Positions 19,212 through 29,352 of a DNA stretch of 64,000 nucleotides are shown here, piece after piece. Both the position numbers and the translations under genes were made by a program. Under the pieces are notes generated by a model, which did no database searches, was not told the DNA's origin, and saw only the letters and a list, made by a program, of their open reading frames with translations. The DNA lies in assembly GCA_018333655.1 (NCBI GenBank), contig JAGXTJ010000055.1, positions 103,659 to 167,658 on the forward strand. The letters run 5' to 3'. This DNA is from Bacillota bacterium. Lineage in GTDB: Bacteria > Bacillota > UBA994. Position 1 is the stretch's first letter; every line of letters starts with the position of its first letter.

Positions 19212-19905
19212 CCCGGTATCTCCTTTGCTGCATAAAAGTGAGCACCATGGCCACCACATAAGAAAAGGTCATGAGTATAAAGCTCAAGGCGAGGGCTAGG
19301 TCGAAGTTGCCGCGATTTACTTCGAGCACAATGGCTGTGCTCAAAATGCGCGTTTGCCCGCGGATATTTCCCCCCACGGCCATGGCCGCGCCAACTTCAG
19401 CAACCACAGCCCCAAAACCAGCCAGACAGGCCGCGATAATGCTAAGGTGCGATTCGCGAATTACGAGCCATAGTAGCTGCCAACGATTCGCCCCCATCCC
19501 GGATAGTTGCGCCGAAACAGCATCATCTACCTGCATCACCCCTGCCATGGTGAGAGCCGCCACCCGCGGCATGGCGATAACCACCTGTGCTATTACCAGA
19601 GCAGTGGGCGTGTACATGAGACCGAGAAAGCCGAGCGGCCCGCTGCGCCAGAGGAGCAAACTAACCCATAGGCCCACCACTACGGGCGGCAGGCCTAAGG
19701 TAGAATTCAGAAGGCTCTGCACCACCTTTCGTCCGGGGAAGGCGGATAGCCCCAGAAGTGTACCCAAGGGAATGCCTAAAAAAATGCTGACTAAGGTCGC
19801 CGTGCCGGTGACTTGTACCGTGAGCCAGGCAATTTGATAGAGCTCACGGTCACCATAGATCATCATTTCAAAAGCTTGTACGATCCCCTGCCAAATTAGC
19901 CCCAT
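19204..19905 (-). CDS. tupB: Tungstate/molybdate ABC transporter permease (TupB-like)
   Basis: GLPPVVVGL..LLWRSGPLG, GFGAVVAEVGAAMAVGGNIRGQTRILSTAIVLE. Confidence 0.8.
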   Translation of the reverse strand: MGLIWQGIVQAFEMMIYGDRELYQIAWLTVQVTGTATLVSIFLGIPLGTLLGLSAFPGRKVVQSLLNSTLGLPPVVVGLWVSLLLWRSGPLGFLGLMYTPTALVIAQVVIAMPRVAALTMAGVMQVDDAVSAQLSGMGANRWQLLWLVIRESHLSIIAACLAGFGAVVAEVGAAMAVGGNIRGQTRILSTAIVLEVNRGNFDLALALSFILMTFSYVVAMVLTFMQQRRYRGA

Positions 19906-19948
19906 TGCCGCTCACCTCATCTCAATGCCCTGGGGAAAAGCAAAGCGC

Positions 19949-21163
19949 CTACTCTTGTGGCAGCAACTGATTTAGTAAGATCCCCACAATCGCCGCGAGG
20001 CCAATGCCTTCGAATTTTACGCCGCCCCCCAAGTTAAAGGCCGCGCCCCCTATCCCTAGGACAAAGATTACCGAACTGACGATAAGATTGCGGGACTTAG
20101 ACATATCAACTTTGTTTTCGACGACGGTTCTTACGCCGATAGCCGCAATCATGCCGAATAATATGATGGCGATGCCCCCCACAACCGCCGTAGGTATTGT
20201 GGATATAAAGCCGCCTATTTTTTGTACAAAGGCGATGCCGATAGCTAGTACGGCAGCCCAGCGCATAATGACAGGATGCCAGACACGGGTCAAGGCCAAG
20301 ACTCCAGTGTTCTCAGAGTAGGTCGTATTCGCTGGCCCGCCAAAAAAGCCCGCAATGGCTGTGGCTATGCCGTCACCGATAAGGGTGCGATGGAGCCCTG
20401 GGTCTTTAACAAAGTCATTTTCGACTGTCGTGCCCACAGCCATAATGTCCCCAAAATGCTCTACCGCAGTGGCAATCGCAATGGGTGCCATAATGGCAAT
20501 GGCAGCTAGGTTAAAGGTCGGCCAAGTGAAAGGGGGTACGGCCAACCAGGCTGCCTCTTGTATGGGTGTAAAGTCGACTAGACCAAAGACAAGAGCCGCG
20601 AGATACCCTCCCGCCAAGCCAAAGAGGACAGGTACCATTTTGAAGAAACCCTTAAAAAACATCGACACAGAGACGACTATAGAAAGAGAGAAAATAGCAA
20701 GACCCCAGTTCCCTGTCGACATTTTAATGGCCACGGGTGCTAGACTAAGACCGATAACGGCGATGACCGGGCCGATAACTATAGGTGGAAAGAGACGATG
20801 AAGAATACCTGGGCCCACAAAGTAGACGAGCGCGGCCACGCCCAAGTAGACAAGCCCTGCCGCTATAATACCACCTTGTGCCGCTCCCAGCCCATGCTCC
20901 TTAATGACTAACTGCAGCGCTGCGATGAAGGCAAAAGAACTACCGAGAAAGACCGGCACTTTGCCCTTCGTAACCCAATGAAAGAAGAGCGTCCCCACCC
21001 CAGCGGTAAAGAGGGCGACTGAGATATTGAGACCGGTGAGTATAGGCACGAGCACGGTGGCGCCGAACATGGTAAAGAGATGCTGCAAGCCAAAAACGAG
21101 TTGTTTGTTTAAAGAAATCTCGTCTCCCGCACGTATGGCGGGTTCTCTCTGTAGGTCTGACAT
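19949..21163 (-). CDS. NCS2 uracil/xanthine permease (UraA/PyrP-like)
   Basis: GLQHLFTMFGATVLVP, FLGSSFAFI, EHFGD, PANTTYSENTGVLALTRV (UraA-like signature). Confidence 0.9.
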   Translation of the reverse strand: MSDLQREPAIRAGDEISLNKQLVFGLQHLFTMFGATVLVPILTGLNISVALFTAGVGTLFFHWVTKGKVPVFLGSSFAFIAALQLVIKEHGLGAAQGGIIAAGLVYLGVAALVYFVGPGILHRLFPPIVIGPVIAVIGLSLAPVAIKMSTGNWGLAIFSLSIVVSVSMFFKGFFKMVPVLFGLAGGYLAALVFGLVDFTPIQEAAWLAVPPFTWPTFNLAAIAIMAPIAIATAVEHFGDIMAVGTTVENDFVKDPGLHRTLIGDGIATAIAGFFGGPANTTYSENTGVLALTRVWHPVIMRWAAVLAIGIAFVQKIGGFISTIPTAVVGGIAIILFGMIAAIGVRTVVENKVDMSKSRNLIVSSVIFVLGIGGAAFNLGGGVKFEGIGLAAIVGILLNQLLPQE

Positions 21164-21223
21164 CAGTAATTCACCCTTTCTCTTGGTATATCTCCGTTCG
21201 CGCCAGGCAGCTAATCTCTCACC

Positions 21224-23593
21224 CTATCCCCCCACCTCATGGTCCAGTGGCTCTATGCCGACTAACATAGTATCATGTACTGGTCTTAATTTCTCTAGTT
21301 CTTTAAGAGCCGCGAGAATTTTCTCTGGTGTGATCGGCAAGTCTGTAATGCGCACCCCAACGGCGGCATAAACGGCATTGGCGATAGCGGGTGCGGTAGG
21401 CACCATGGTGTGCTCGCCAAAACCACGCGCCCCGTAAGGGCCATCCTCAAGCGGTGTTTCCACAAAACTTACGAGCATCTCTGGTACTTCCGCTGCGGTG
21501 ACGATCTTGTAATCCACAAAAGATGGGTTCTGTACGCGCCCCCCATGCATTCTTAGTTCTTCATAGAGCGCGACACTAATCCCCTGCATGATACCGCCCT
21601 CCACCTGCCCGAGCGCCAGCAAGGGGTTTAGCACAAAGCCGGTGTCGTAAACGGCGGCCACGCGCAGAACATCCACCTTGCCTGTCTCTACATCTACCGC
21701 TACTTCTGCCGCTTGTGCGCCAAAAGTCCAGTGTGACGTAACCTTAGGCGTCTGCCCTGTGGCGGGGTCCATGCCATGTATGCCATCGGGTATAAAGTAG
21801 CCCGTCCCCATAATGGGGCCGCCTAGGCCTGCACCACTTGGCAAAGATAACCCTAAAGACAATTCCTTAACACTAGTCTTCGCGCCCTCGCCGCTTCGAC
21901 GTGCGATAGCACCCTTGGCTATCGTCAGCTCCTCAGGCAGTGCACCGAGCTTCTCTGCCGCCAACGCCAGGAGCTTATGCCTAGCCTCTGCTGCGGCACG
22001 GCGCACGGCATTCCCCGTGGAGTAGGTAATCCTGCTGGCCACAGTCTGCCATTCATAGGGACAGTAATCTGTATCGGGCGCATTTACATGCACCATGTCC
22101 GGAGTAATGCCCAGCTCTTCAGCCACAATTTGCGCCATCACCGTCTGCATGCCTTGGCCTATTTCGGTCGCACTAAGCGATAAGTTGACACTGCCGTCCT
22201 CGTTAACTTTCAGAAACGCGGCTGAGGCGGCTGTCCCCGGTGTTGAGGGCCCTTTGACCATGCAGGCAATACCCTTGCCACGATGTTTTTCTATGGGCGG
22301 CGTATCCATTCCAATAAGGCGGGCCGTTTCGGCAATGCATTTATCTAGACCGATGTCTCTGAGCACTTCACCTGTAGCATTGGTCGTGCCATCGCGAGCC
22401 GCATTGAGCTCCCTAATGGCCACGGGGTCCATGCCAAGCTTGTTGGCAATCATGTCAATCTGCTGCTCTAAGGCCCAATGCAATTCTCCCATGCCAAAAC
22501 CGCGAAAAGGGCCACCCACAGGCGAATTAGTGTAGATGCAGTACGAATCTGTTTTTACATGGGTGATGTCGTAGGGGCCAGCCGACGAATAAGCCGCCGC
22601 CCGGACTATGTTGACGCCGTACTCCGTGTAGGCGCCACCGTCCCAAAGAAGTTCTGCCTCTTGCGCCAGTAGGCGCCCGGCCTTGGAGTAGCCCGTCTTT
22701 ATTCTGGCTTTAAGGCCCTGCCTGACAGAGGTGCCAAAAAACACTTCTTCCCTGTCCAAGATCAACCGGACAGGGTACGGCGCCGCACGAATGGCCAAAG
22801 CAATAACTATCCCTTCAAGGCCAATGCCCGCTTTACCGCCGAAACCTCCCCCCACCTCTGGGGTGATCACGCGTATACGTCCTTCTGGCAGGCCAAAAGC
22901 GACCGCCGCCAACTTGCGCACAGCATTAGGCGACTGGCAGCTGCTCCAAACGGTAATCTTGCCTGTCATATCCATCTGTGCCACCGAGCCGTGCGGCTCA
23001 ATGGGCACATGCTGCATCTGCGGCACATGATAGCTGTGCTCAAAAACAAAATCGCTCAAACGAAAACCATCTTCAACACTGCCTTTTCTCACCTTGGCAT
23101 GGTTGGCGATATTCGTATGAGCGACCGGAAAGAAGACATTGGGGATGTAGGAGTACTCGTGCAAGTTTTCATGCACCAGGGGGGCGTTACTAGCTAGCGC
23201 TGTTTGTAGGTCGAGTACAGGGGGTAGCAGCTCATACTCGACTAGGATAAGCTTTACGGCCTGCTCGGCTAGGCGCAGGCTTGTCGCCGCTACTGCCGCC
23301 ACAGGCTCGCCCACAAAACGCACTTTGTCCACTGCAAAAATAGGGCGATCCACGAGGTACAGACCTAATTTTTGCGGGCACTCCCGCCCAGAAAGCACGG
23401 CCTGCACGCCTGGCAGACTCTCTGCCTGGCTGAGATCAATCTTAACTAGGCGCGCATGTGGGTGTGGGCTCCTAAGCACTTTCACATATAGCATATTAGG
23501 CAACTTAAGGTCGGCGATGTATTTCGCGGCACCTAAAGCCTTGGCCGGGCCATCAATACGGGGATGACTCTTACCGACATAGGACCTCTCCAT
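21224..23593 (-). CDS. Xanthine dehydrogenase-family molybdopterin-binding large subunit
   Basis: RSPHPHA, QHVPIEPH, VGGGFGGK, FRGFG, GQVEGG, GARGFGEH; no in-frame TGA. Confidence 0.93.
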   Translation of the reverse strand: MERSYVGKSHPRIDGPAKALGAAKYIADLKLPNMLYVKVLRSPHPHARLVKIDLSQAESLPGVQAVLSGRECPQKLGLYLVDRPIFAVDKVRFVGEPVAAVAATSLRLAEQAVKLILVEYELLPPVLDLQTALASNAPLVHENLHEYSYIPNVFFPVAHTNIANHAKVRKGSVEDGFRLSDFVFEHSYHVPQMQHVPIEPHGSVAQMDMTGKITVWSSCQSPNAVRKLAAVAFGLPEGRIRVITPEVGGGFGGKAGIGLEGIVIALAIRAAPYPVRLILDREEVFFGTSVRQGLKARIKTGYSKAGRLLAQEAELLWDGGAYTEYGVNIVRAAAYSSAGPYDITHVKTDSYCIYTNSPVGGPFRGFGMGELHWALEQQIDMIANKLGMDPVAIRELNAARDGTTNATGEVLRDIGLDKCIAETARLIGMDTPPIEKHRGKGIACMVKGPSTPGTAASAAFLKVNEDGSVNLSLSATEIGQGMQTVMAQIVAEELGITPDMVHVNAPDTDYCPYEWQTVASRITYSTGNAVRRAAAEARHKLLALAAEKLGALPEELTIAKGAIARRSGEGAKTSVKELSLGLSLPSGAGLGGPIMGTGYFIPDGIHGMDPATGQTPKVTSHWTFGAQAAEVAVDVETGKVDVLRVAAVYDTGFVLNPLLALGQVEGGIMQGISVALYEELRMHGGRVQNPSFVDYKIVTAAEVPEMLVSFVETPLEDGPYGARGFGEHTMVPTAPAIANAVYAAVGVRITDLPITPEKILAALKELEKLRPVHDTMLVGIEPLDHEVGG

Positions 23594-23619
23594 GCTGACC
23601 CCTCCGCTCTGTTGTGTGG

Positions 23620-24087
23620 TTAATTATCTTTGGCGCAGGCTTTACTCACTGCCACCACAATGCGTTCGTAGCCTGTACAGCGACAGAGATTGCCACTTAA
23701 GCCGTCTCTTATTTCTTGCACCGTAGGTGCTTTCTGACGCGCGAGCAAAGCTTTAGCCGAAAGTAACATGCCGGGCGTACAGAAACCGCACTGTATGGCG
23801 CCTTCATCGATAAACGCTTGCTGCAGTCTATCTAGCTCCAAGTGATTCGAGAGCCCCTCAACCGTCACCACGCTTTTTCCCATAACCTCAAGCGCCAGGA
23901 CAAGACACGAGTTCACGCTCTCGCCATCAAGAAGTACGGTGCAAGCCCCGCACTCCCCACCCCCGCACCCTTCTTTGGTGCCGGTGAGATCAAGGTCATC
24001 CCGCAGCACATCCAAGAGTCGGGCAAAAGGCTCGACCATAAGCCCTACAGCTCGCCCATTCAGCGTGAAACTAAGTTGTCTCTTCAC
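23620..24087 (-). CDS. Xanthine dehydrogenase-family 2x[2Fe-2S] small subunit
   Basis: GTKEGCGGGECGACTV, QCGFCTPG, GNLCRCTGY. Confidence 0.95.
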   Translation of the reverse strand: MKRQLSFTLNGRAVGLMVEPFARLLDVLRDDLDLTGTKEGCGGGECGACTVLLDGESVNSCLVLALEVMGKSVVTVEGLSNHLELDRLQQAFIDEGAIQCGFCTPGMLLSAKALLARQKAPTVQEIRDGLSGNLCRCTGYERIVVAVSKACAKDN

Positions 24088-24964
24088 TCGACATGCCTCC
24101 GTTTTCTCGCGGTGAACAAAGCGACAAAAGCTCCCTAAGTGCGCGCCCCGTTTGCACGGCCACTAAGTGGCGACGGTATTCTGCCGTGGCACGTAAATCA
24201 GTTATCGGCGATGCCGCGGCCACTACTTGGGACACGACTATTTCTAGGTCTTCCTTCGTCCAGACGGCCTGTGGCCTTATCTCTTCCACCGCCAGCACGC
24301 GCAAAGGTTTTGGCGCAACAGCGCCTAGGGCGACGCTGATCCTCCTGCCTGGCAGTAGTAGCATGGCGACCCCTACTTGGGCTAGGTCGACGGCCTTAGT
24401 GCGCGCTGTCTTAATATATACACTGACCGCTCTCTCATCTAAGAAAGGCAGTTCAATGCTCTTAACGATTTCACCCTGCTTAAGAACAGTTTTGCCCGGT
24501 CCAAGGAAGAAGTCACACAGGGGCACACTCCGCTCTCCAATAGCGCCTACTATGGACAAAGCTGCTCCCAAGATGAGCAAGGCGGGCACAGTGTCAGCCG
24601 CAGGGGAGGCATTACATATATTACCCCCTAGACTGGCCCGATTTCTGATTTGGTAGCTGCCTACAGAATGAACGGCCTGTCGCAAAGCCTGAAACCCTAG
24701 TCTATCTGGCAGAAATCGCTCAATCTCATTAAGGGGGGTAGCGGCACCAATACTGATTCCCCCGTCGCTATTCGCGCCTATTGCTCGTGACCCAGGTAGA
24801 TGCTTGATGTCAACGAGGTATTCCGGCTTAAGATGCCCCTCGCGACAGCGGACTAAGATATCTGTTCCTCCGGCATAAACCTTCGCTGTGTACGGGTTAG
24901 AGGCGAGAAAATTACAAGCTTCAGCCCATGAGTTCGGCACCAGGTACTCAAATTCATTCCACAT
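24071..24964 (-). CDS. Xanthine dehydrogenase-family FAD-binding medium subunit
   Basis: AGGTD, QIRNRASLGGNICNASPAAD, PITDLRATAEYR. Confidence 0.93.
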   Translation of the reverse strand: MWNEFEYLVPNSWAEACNFLASNPYTAKVYAGGTDILVRCREGHLKPEYLVDIKHLPGSRAIGANSDGGISIGAATPLNEIERFLPDRLGFQALRQAVHSVGSYQIRNRASLGGNICNASPAADTVPALLILGAALSIVGAIGERSVPLCDFFLGPGKTVLKQGEIVKSIELPFLDERAVSVYIKTARTKAVDLAQVGVAMLLLPGRRISVALGAVAPKPLRVLAVEEIRPQAVWTKEDLEIVVSQVVAAASPITDLRATAEYRRHLVAVQTGRALRELLSLCSPRENGGMSSEETT

Positions 24965-24968
24965 GCGC

Positions 24969-25847
24969 TCACTCCTTACGCACGGGCTTAAAGGGGCTTG
25001 GGGCCTTAACTAAAATGCCCTGGTAACTCAGGATATTTCGGTCCTCCAGATGATTAAAGAGCATGGGGGAGTCTATGCCATAGCTCGCATACTGCAGAGG
25101 GTCCGGGTCAAGCTCCGCGTAGAGCAATTCTTCTTGTGTTCGCGCCTGTGCTAAGCGCTCGGCTATGGGGCTGACTATCATGCTATTGCCAAAGTAATGT
25201 ACATTTCCGGCATCTGTTCCCACCGCATTGACGGCGATGACATAGACATGGTTGTCGTAGGCGCGTGCGGTCGTGGTTAAATTCCAGATGTCGAAGCTGC
25301 GCAAAAAGGCAGAGGGTCTGACAATAATTTCGGCGCCCTGCATGGCCAACACTCGCGATAACTCCGGAAAGTCGCCATCGTAGCAGATAATCATGCCCAC
25401 TTTGCCGAAGAGAGTGTCATAGACCTTAGCTTCGGTGCCTGCTGTCGTCCACCCACCGCGCTCCACCTGCTCGCCGGGGAAAGGATGCGTTTTGCGGTAG
25501 ACACCCACTACTGCGCCTTGTGGGTCGATAAGCGCTGCCGAATTATAGACCACCCCGCGCTCCTGCCCACGCTCATAAGTAGGAAAGACTACATAGACCC
25601 CTAGGCGCTTGGCAGCGCTACATATGGGGTCGGTAAGTCGACCGGGGATGAAATCTACTCTATCCCACAAGTCTTCGGCAGACATCGCCGGCATAAAACC
25701 GGTGGTGACAGACTCGGGGAAGACGATTAGCTCTGCCCCCGTCTTAGCCACTGCTTTATCCATCCACGCCACAACCTTGTTTAGGCTACCCGGTATGTCA
25801 TTAGGCAGGGGGGCTATTTGCACCCCTGCGACTTTCACCCTACGCAC
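24969..25847 (-). CDS. Carbon-nitrogen hydrolase (nitrilase/amidase superfamily)
   Basis: Catalytic triad motifs FPE, YRKTH, ICYDGDFPE; start approximate (GTG/TTG after GAGGGGAG). Confidence 0.9.
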   Translation of the reverse strand: MRRVKVAGVQIAPLPNDIPGSLNKVVAWMDKAVAKTGAELIVFPESVTTGFMPAMSAEDLWDRVDFIPGRLTDPICSAAKRLGVYVVFPTYERGQERGVVYNSAALIDPQGAVVGVYRKTHPFPGEQVERGGWTTAGTEAKVYDTLFGKVGMIICYDGDFPELSRVLAMQGAEIIVRPSAFLRSFDIWNLTTTARAYDNHVYVIAVNAVGTDAGNVHYFGNSMIVSPIAERLAQARTQEELLYAELDPDPLQYASYGIDSPMLFNHLEDRNILSYQGILVKAPSPFKPVRKE

Positions 25848-26085
25848 CAAACATCTCCCCCTCAGATGCCAGACTATGGGTGCACCCACAGGCCAGCACA
25901 GAATGCTCCCCTAATCTATGTCAATTATTAATAATTAATTCGCCCCACAGGCTTGCAATCCTCTGTGATGGAGACCAAAAATTCTTAATTCGCGCAACTT
26001 TGCTCGGCCAAACTTATCTCTTGCGCAATCTGGTGGCTAGTGTCACAATACTCTTGAAAAAGACTTTAAGGGGAGGGGATTTGCC

Positions 26086-26874
26086 ATGCTAAACAATTGG
26101 AACCAAGTCAAAATGTACGACCTCACGCAGCCGCTCAGTCACCTCACTCCAGCCTGGCCCACCTACGAGCCACTGCAGATTAAATTCTTTAAGCGCCTCT
26201 GCCCAAACGGCGCTAACGGCCAAATCATTACCACGAGCAACCATGTCGGCACACACCTAGACGGCTCCCTGCATTTTTGTACGAACGGTCGTGACATCGC
26301 CTCTATTCCCCTGACCGATTTAATCGGCCCCGGCGTGGTCGTCGATTTAAGCGACATGGCCGAAGACTATGGTCTCTATACGTCGAAGGACATTACTGAC
26401 CGCGTGGAGGTCAAAGAAGGCGACATCTTACTTATACATACGGGCTATATAAAATACTCCTGGGACCAGCCAGGAGCAGATGAAGTGCGGTACATGGTAA
26501 AGCACCCTGGGCCAACGCGCGAATTCGCCGCTTGGTGCCGCAAAATGAAACTGAAGTGGATCGGTGTTGACTGCGGCAGCGCCGACCACCCCATGAACAC
26601 CAAGATTCGCGAATGGGCTCCCCGCGAGGCCAAAGAAGCCGACCTTTACTTAAGACGCAAGTACGGACGCTCGCTCGAAGAAACTTTCCCCGGGGAAGAC
26701 TACCAGCTCATGCACCTTGACCTCTTCCCGGACGACATTATCCACGCCGAGAACGTCGGCGGTGAGCTAAGCAAAATATTAAATCGTCGCCTTATTATTG
26801 GCTGCTTCCCCTGGCGTCTCGTGGGCGGTGAGTCTTCTATCTGCCGCATCGTCGCCTTTGATGCCCCCGAGTAG
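26086..26874 (+). CDS. Cyclase family metal-dependent hydrolase (KynB/isatin hydrolase-like)
   Basis: HVGTHLDGSLH metal motif, GDILLIHTG, HAENVGG. Confidence 0.88.
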   Translation: MLNNWNQVKMYDLTQPLSHLTPAWPTYEPLQIKFFKRLCPNGANGQIITTSNHVGTHLDGSLHFCTNGRDIASIPLTDLIGPGVVVDLSDMAEDYGLYTSKDITDRVEVKEGDILLIHTGYIKYSWDQPGADEVRYMVKHPGPTREFAAWCRKMKLKWIGVDCGSADHPMNTKIREWAPREAKEADLYLRRKYGRSLEETFPGEDYQLMHLDLFPDDIIHAENVGGELSKILNRRLIIGCFPWRLVGGESSICRIVAFDAPE

Positions 26875-26901
26875 TAGCCTTTGATTCACTTTAGAGGAAG
26901 C

Positions 26902-27921
26902 CTACTTGCCGAAAGGGCAGACAGGGTAGCGACATACTTCGCAAGCAAGGCACAGTCCCCCATGCCCTAGGGCGACGAAATCGTCGCGGCTCACTCGCTC
27001 GCCGGCTAAGAGGCGCGGTAGAACCAGGTCAAGTATGGTCGTGGCACAGTACATAACGCAGCCCGGCAGACCAACAATGGGCACATCGCCTAGGTAGGCC
27101 AAAAGAAACATGGAGCCAGGCAAGACCGGCGCACCGTAGGAGACAAGCTCTGCCCCTGCTAGAGAGATTCCTCTCGGCGTGACATCGTCGGGGTCTACCG
27201 ACATGCCTCCACTCACCGCTACTATCTCTGCCCCCTCGTGGAGCAGGGATAGTATTTTTTTCGCTATTATCTCGCTATCATCTGGCACAATGATTTGGGG
27301 CAGCATGGGGCAATCGAAGGCCGCCATCTTGGCCGCCATAACTGGACCGAACTTGTCGGCAATGCGCCCATGGTAGACTTCATTGCCGGTGGTAATAAGA
27401 CCTACTGTTTTTCGCAGCAAGGGCTTAGTCCATAGCACTGGGCCCTGGCGAGAGCACAGCTCTTCGACTTGGGCAATGCGCGCTAGGGGAATAACCAAGG
27501 GTATGACGCGCGTTCCCGCTAGCACCGTCCCCGCCTGAACTACTTGGTTACTATGGCGTGTAGCGACAATGACCTCGGGCACGGAGTTAACACTGTGCAA
27601 GGCGGGCACATTGACTTTTAGTAAGGAGCGCTCGCGCGCTAAGAAGTTAATCTTTCCTTCGGAGGCGCCCGTCAAGGTTATCCCTTCCCCTGCACAAGCC
27701 ATGGCAATGCGCCGCGCCGCTTCATTCTCATGCAACAGCCCTACTTCCTCGCGCCAGACAAAAATATGCTCTTTGCCCAGATCCTGCAGCAGGGGTATGT
27801 CTTCAGCCCTCACTTGATGGCCCTTCTTAAAAGCCACCCCCTTAAATTCGCCGGGCACTATTCTCGTAATGTCATGGGCGAGGATAGCCCCCACCGCGTC
27901 CTGCACTCTAATCTTTTGCAT
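26902..27921 (-). CDS. MoeA-like molybdopterin-binding protein with C-terminal Cys cluster
   Basis: HDITRIVPG, TTGNEV, SGGMSVDPDD, PVLPGSM, GGLCLACEVCRYPVCPFGK. Confidence 0.85.
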   Translation of the reverse strand: MQKIRVQDAVGAILAHDITRIVPGEFKGVAFKKGHQVRAEDIPLLQDLGKEHIFVWREEVGLLHENEAARRIAMACAGEGITLTGASEGKINFLARERSLLKVNVPALHSVNSVPEVIVATRHSNQVVQAGTVLAGTRVIPLVIPLARIAQVEELCSRQGPVLWTKPLLRKTVGLITTGNEVYHGRIADKFGPVMAAKMAAFDCPMLPQIIVPDDSEIIAKKILSLLHEGAEIVAVSGGMSVDPDDVTPRGISLAGAELVSYGAPVLPGSMFLLAYLGDVPIVGLPGCVMYCATTILDLVLPRLLAGERVSRDDFVALGHGGLCLACEVCRYPVCPFGK

Positions 27922-27948
27922 GCTTGCCGCCTCCCTAGCTCACAGCAC

Positions 27949-29331
27949 CTATAGCCCATTCTCGACTAATTTCACGTAGTCCTCTCGGCAATCAACGTCC
28001 TCTATCACAGCCTTATCGTCCACCGCCACCCCAAACAGGCGCTCACTATGGCGGCTCATCACTTCTTTACCGCCTGTATCGCCCTGCAGAAGGCGCAGCT
28101 CGCCATAGAGATCGGGGGGAAAGATGACGGGGTTGCCACGCCTTCCGTCAAAGAGAGGGTAGACAATAGCCCTCTCCTGCGACCAATATTCGCTTAGCAA
28201 GGTATCCACCGTGCTCCATCTCAGGCCGGGCTGATCACCTAGTGCAAATAAGACCCCGCAACGAGGACTAGTGATGTCGCTTTCTATGTGGGCTAGCGCG
28301 GCACGCACCGAGAGACCTAGGCCAGAGCGGTACTCCCTATTGTCGACTACCTCCACGGGTAGACCAAGTAGCGCATTGCGCACTTCCTCACCGCGATGGC
28401 CCACCACCACTAGCACCCTGCCCAAAGAAGACCAGAGCAGCGCTTCCACACTATGCCGCACTAAGGGCTTGCCTTGCCAGGGCAAGAGTAGCTTTTCTCC
28501 GTTTAAGCGACTCGATAAACCAGCGGCCAAGACCACACCTACCACCGCAGTCTCCGGGGGCCACACTTCCTCTACGGGGCGAGGAGCACGCGCCTCACCA
28601 ATGGCGACAGATAACGGAGCCAGGTAGCGCGCCACCAGCCGACCATCTTTCAGCAAATCATTGGCTGCCTCTGTCTGCATGGCACCCGTGTTAAGCCAAA
28701 CAAGATGTCGTGCCGAGGGGGCTTGCCCTTTAGCCAAAGAGACAGCTCGCTCAACTACCTGGGCCAGCACTAGGGGTGTTAGCCGCTCGCCTAGCGCTGC
28801 ACCAATTAGTTCTGCCACGACTTCAGGGCGGTGCACCACAGCGGCGTCGAGCGGTTTTCGCAGAGCCAGAAGGGAGGCCACCGTGACAACTAGAGTGGCG
28901 CTTGGCGGTACGACAGGTTCGTGAGGAAGGTGCCCCTTAAGAAGCCTGCCTGCGGCGCCGTCTGCTTCAACCAGTATCACGCACTGCGGAAAAGCACTCT
29001 GTAGCCGAGCAACCCAAGCACTGGGGATGCCAAAGAGCTTCTGCTCATGGTCCTGCCCTGCCCCGAGGACCACGATATTCTTGTCTAGCCACTTCGCTTG
29101 TAGCCCTGCGACAGCATCCTCTATGGTAGTCGCCAAGATAGTGGCGTCGGCAAAAGTGCCCTCCGGAAAGGTGCGGTCAGGATGATACATTTTAGTCGTA
29201 GTGGTTACAAGGACCGGGCCCTGGCTGGCTAGCTCACTAGCCAGTCGAAACATCAGGGTGGTCTTGCCGCCGGCACCTATAAAGGCGACAATGTCGCCCT
29301 GCTCTACTCGCATACTTTGCCTAATATTCAC
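27949..29331 (-). CDS. yqeC: YqeC (Se-dependent Mo-hydroxylase accessory) fused to MocA-type Moco nucleotidyltransferase
   Basis: N-term GAGGKTT, VTTTTKM, VEADGA, HEPVVP; C-term VLAAGLSSR, GDQP, RGNPV, GDTGGK. Confidence 0.88.
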   Translation of the reverse strand: MNIRQSMRVEQGDIVAFIGAGGKTTLMFRLASELASQGPVLVTTTTKMYHPDRTFPEGTFADATILATTIEDAVAGLQAKWLDKNIVVLGAGQDHEQKLFGIPSAWVARLQSAFPQCVILVEADGAAGRLLKGHLPHEPVVPPSATLVVTVASLLALRKPLDAAVVHRPEVVAELIGAALGERLTPLVLAQVVERAVSLAKGQAPSARHLVWLNTGAMQTEAANDLLKDGRLVARYLAPLSVAIGEARAPRPVEEVWPPETAVVGVVLAAGLSSRLNGEKLLLPWQGKPLVRHSVEALLWSSLGRVLVVVGHRGEEVRNALLGLPVEVVDNREYRSGLGLSVRAALAHIESDITSPRCGVLFALGDQPGLRWSTVDTLLSEYWSQERAIVYPLFDGRRGNPVIFPPDLYGELRLLQGDTGGKEVMSRHSERLFGVAVDDKAVIEDVDCREDYVKLVENGL

Positions 29332-29352
29332 CTTGGCACCGCCTTTAGGCCC

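Noticed and set aside
21224..24964. Possible selenocysteine recoding in the Mo hydroxylase
   Set aside because: All three subunits are full-length without in-frame TGA; YqeB/YqeC point to labile Se instead.
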